Below are positions 62,616-64,000 of a stretch of 64,000 nucleotides of DNA, piece after piece. The DNA comes from Thainema sp. (GTDB lineage Bacteria > Cyanobacteriota > Cyanobacteriia > Phormidesmidales > Phormidesmidaceae), in contig JBQLZK010000027.1 in NCBI GenBank assembly GCA_052168235.1, forward strand, positions 1 to 64,000, in the 5' to 3' direction. The notes beneath the pieces were generated by a model. It saw only the letters and a program-made list of their open reading frames with translations. It was not told the DNA's origin and did not search any database. The stretch's first letter is position 1, and each line of letters starts with the position of its first letter. Both the position numbers and the translations under genes were made by a program.

Positions 62616-63125
62616 ATGACTTTACTTACGTCTGAATTTTATCGTTCTCCTTTGACTGATTTCCTATTCCGTAGGCACGAAAATTTAGGCGGCAATCTGA
62701 TCGTCTTGGGGTTCAGTGGAGTCATCGAGATGGGTGACTATGCGCGATCGCAGTTTCCGTTTCATCGGTTGGCACAATCTGCTTGCTGGCCGGACGTGCG
62801 ATCGCAGCCGACGTAACCGAGTGTACGACGATGGCGGCTGAACCCCAAGAGCATTACTTACCTGTGAATGCCGCTAATGTTCACTGGGGGTATTTCAGCC
62901 AGTCCCTAGAGCCACGCTTGGTGATTAATTCCGGTGACGTGATGACTGTGGAAACCCTAACCCACCATGCCAATGACGACGCATCGCTGCACGGTTGAGC
63001 AGAACTATGATGTGTTGGAAGGGGTGCAGGTACCGATTCGACCTCACTTTGGCGTGATTGGCTTGGCTCCAGCGGAAGCGGATTTTGTCGATTCTGTTCC
63101 TCCCAGCTATTTCGGTGGCAATTAG
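62616..63125 (+). pseudogene. Acetamidase/formamidase remnant
   Basis: NVHWGYFS..LEP..INSGD..TVETL joined out of frame to VPIRPHFGVIGLAP...SVPPSYFGGN*; internally deleted and truncated. Confidence 0.8.
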
Positions 63126-63154
63126 CGGCTGAATCAATCGACGAAAACTAGTTT

Positions 63155-63259
63155 TATATCAAGTCGGGTTGAAAACCCATAATTTATTGTTTGTGAAACG
63201 TTTGCGGAGCAAACGTTTCACAAACAATAAATCGGGTTCTTATACACAGATTTGATATT
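63155..63259. mobile_element. MITE family E copy 2
   Basis: TIR tatcaagtc/gatttgata; perfect palindrome with gcggagc loop. Confidence 0.75.
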
Positions 63260-63341
63260 AGTGCTTGGGCAGCATGTAATACCTGCTGTTCAAGCATTAT
63301 TCTGGGGTATTGATCCCTCAATTTGCCAAAGGGCGGAATAC

Positions 63342-63686
63342 ATGTTGAAGCCCATTATCCTGCTGACGATTTCCAATGTCTTTATGACGTTTGCCTGGTA
63401 TGGGCATTTGAAAAACATGAGCAGTGCGCCGCTGCTAGTTGCGATCGCATCGAGCTGGTTGATTGCGTTCTTTGAATATTGCTTTCAAGTGCCAGCCAAT
63501 CGGCTCGGGGCCGAGTTTTTCAGTTTGCCGCAGCTCAAGGTGATGCAGGAAATTATTACGATGCTGATCTTTGCCGGGTTCAGCGTGTCCTACATGAAAG
63601 TGCCGCTGACGCGCAATTACTTTTTGGCCGCCATGCTGCTGGCCGGAGCTGCCTACCTGATTTTCAGTGAAAAAGCCCCATCGTGA
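63342..63686 (+). CDS. DMT family small membrane protein
   Basis: SNVFMTFAWYGHLK, SW.IAFFEYCFQVPANR, QLKVMQE. Confidence 0.9.
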   Translation: MLKPIILLTISNVFMTFAWYGHLKNMSSAPLLVAIASSWLIAFFEYCFQVPANRLGAEFFSLPQLKVMQEIITMLIFAGFSVSYMKVPLTRNYFLAAMLLAGAAYLIFSEKAPS

Positions 63687-63747
63687 GCTGTGCGACTGAT
63701 TCAGAAACCGAGCTTCTTGGGCTATTTCTCGGGCTAGGTGTTTACGA

Positions 63748-64000
63748 TTAGCTACCCTGCTTGAGAAACCCGGTTTCTATTCGGCGGACAAGTGGTAGTC
63801 CAACATAACTAATCAAATCTAGTGCCAGTAACCAGCCCACCAGCGTGAGCAACGCCGTGAGGATGAAGGCCGTTCTGCTCGTGGCAGATTGGGCAGCTTC
63901 TAGCGTTGACCAGGATGGCCAACTCGGTAAGTAGTAGACCGTGACGGTGTCGCCTTCTTGGATGCTGGCGTAGTACCTGGCCTTAACCGAGGCTCGTTTC
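63748..64000 (-). CDS. 3' end of a membrane protein (DUF3592-like), cut by the window edge
   Basis: Open frame ...GDTVTVYYLPSWPSWS followed by a TM helix and stop. Confidence 0.55.
   Translation of the reverse strand, partial: KRASVKARYYASIQEGDTVTVYYLPSWPSWSTLEAAQSATSRTAFILTALLTLVGWLLALDLISYVGLPLVRRIETGFLKQGS

Overview
Chromosomal window of a cyanobacterium, probably filamentous and Leptolyngbya-like: HIP1 GCGATCGC is very frequent, and petN, sbtAB and flv4/flv2 are present. Most genes are housekeeping: an ECF sigma/anti-sigma pair, wbaP/glycosyltransferase/O-antigen ligase, scpB, tRNA-Gly, folC, ftsE, mlaD, grxC, dps, cbiX with a cobalamin riboswitch, cysS and trmB. Notable items: (1) an uncharacterised three-gene operon (coiled-coil protein, unknown protein, HNH nuclease) between cysS and trmB, in which two proteins share a 12-aa motif; (2) a low-CO2 cluster with flv4-flv2 and a tandem sbtAB duplication, one copy preceded by a decayed psbA (D1) fragment, and both copies sharing NdhR-like boxes and covarying leader hairpins; (3) two back-to-back c-di-AMP riboswitches; (4) many ~90-110 bp miniature inverted-repeat elements with a central palindrome, showing nesting with a target-site duplication, compensatory arm changes and a flipped loop; (5) several unannotated microproteins and two further pseudogenes. 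All calls come from reading the sequence; no database search was run.
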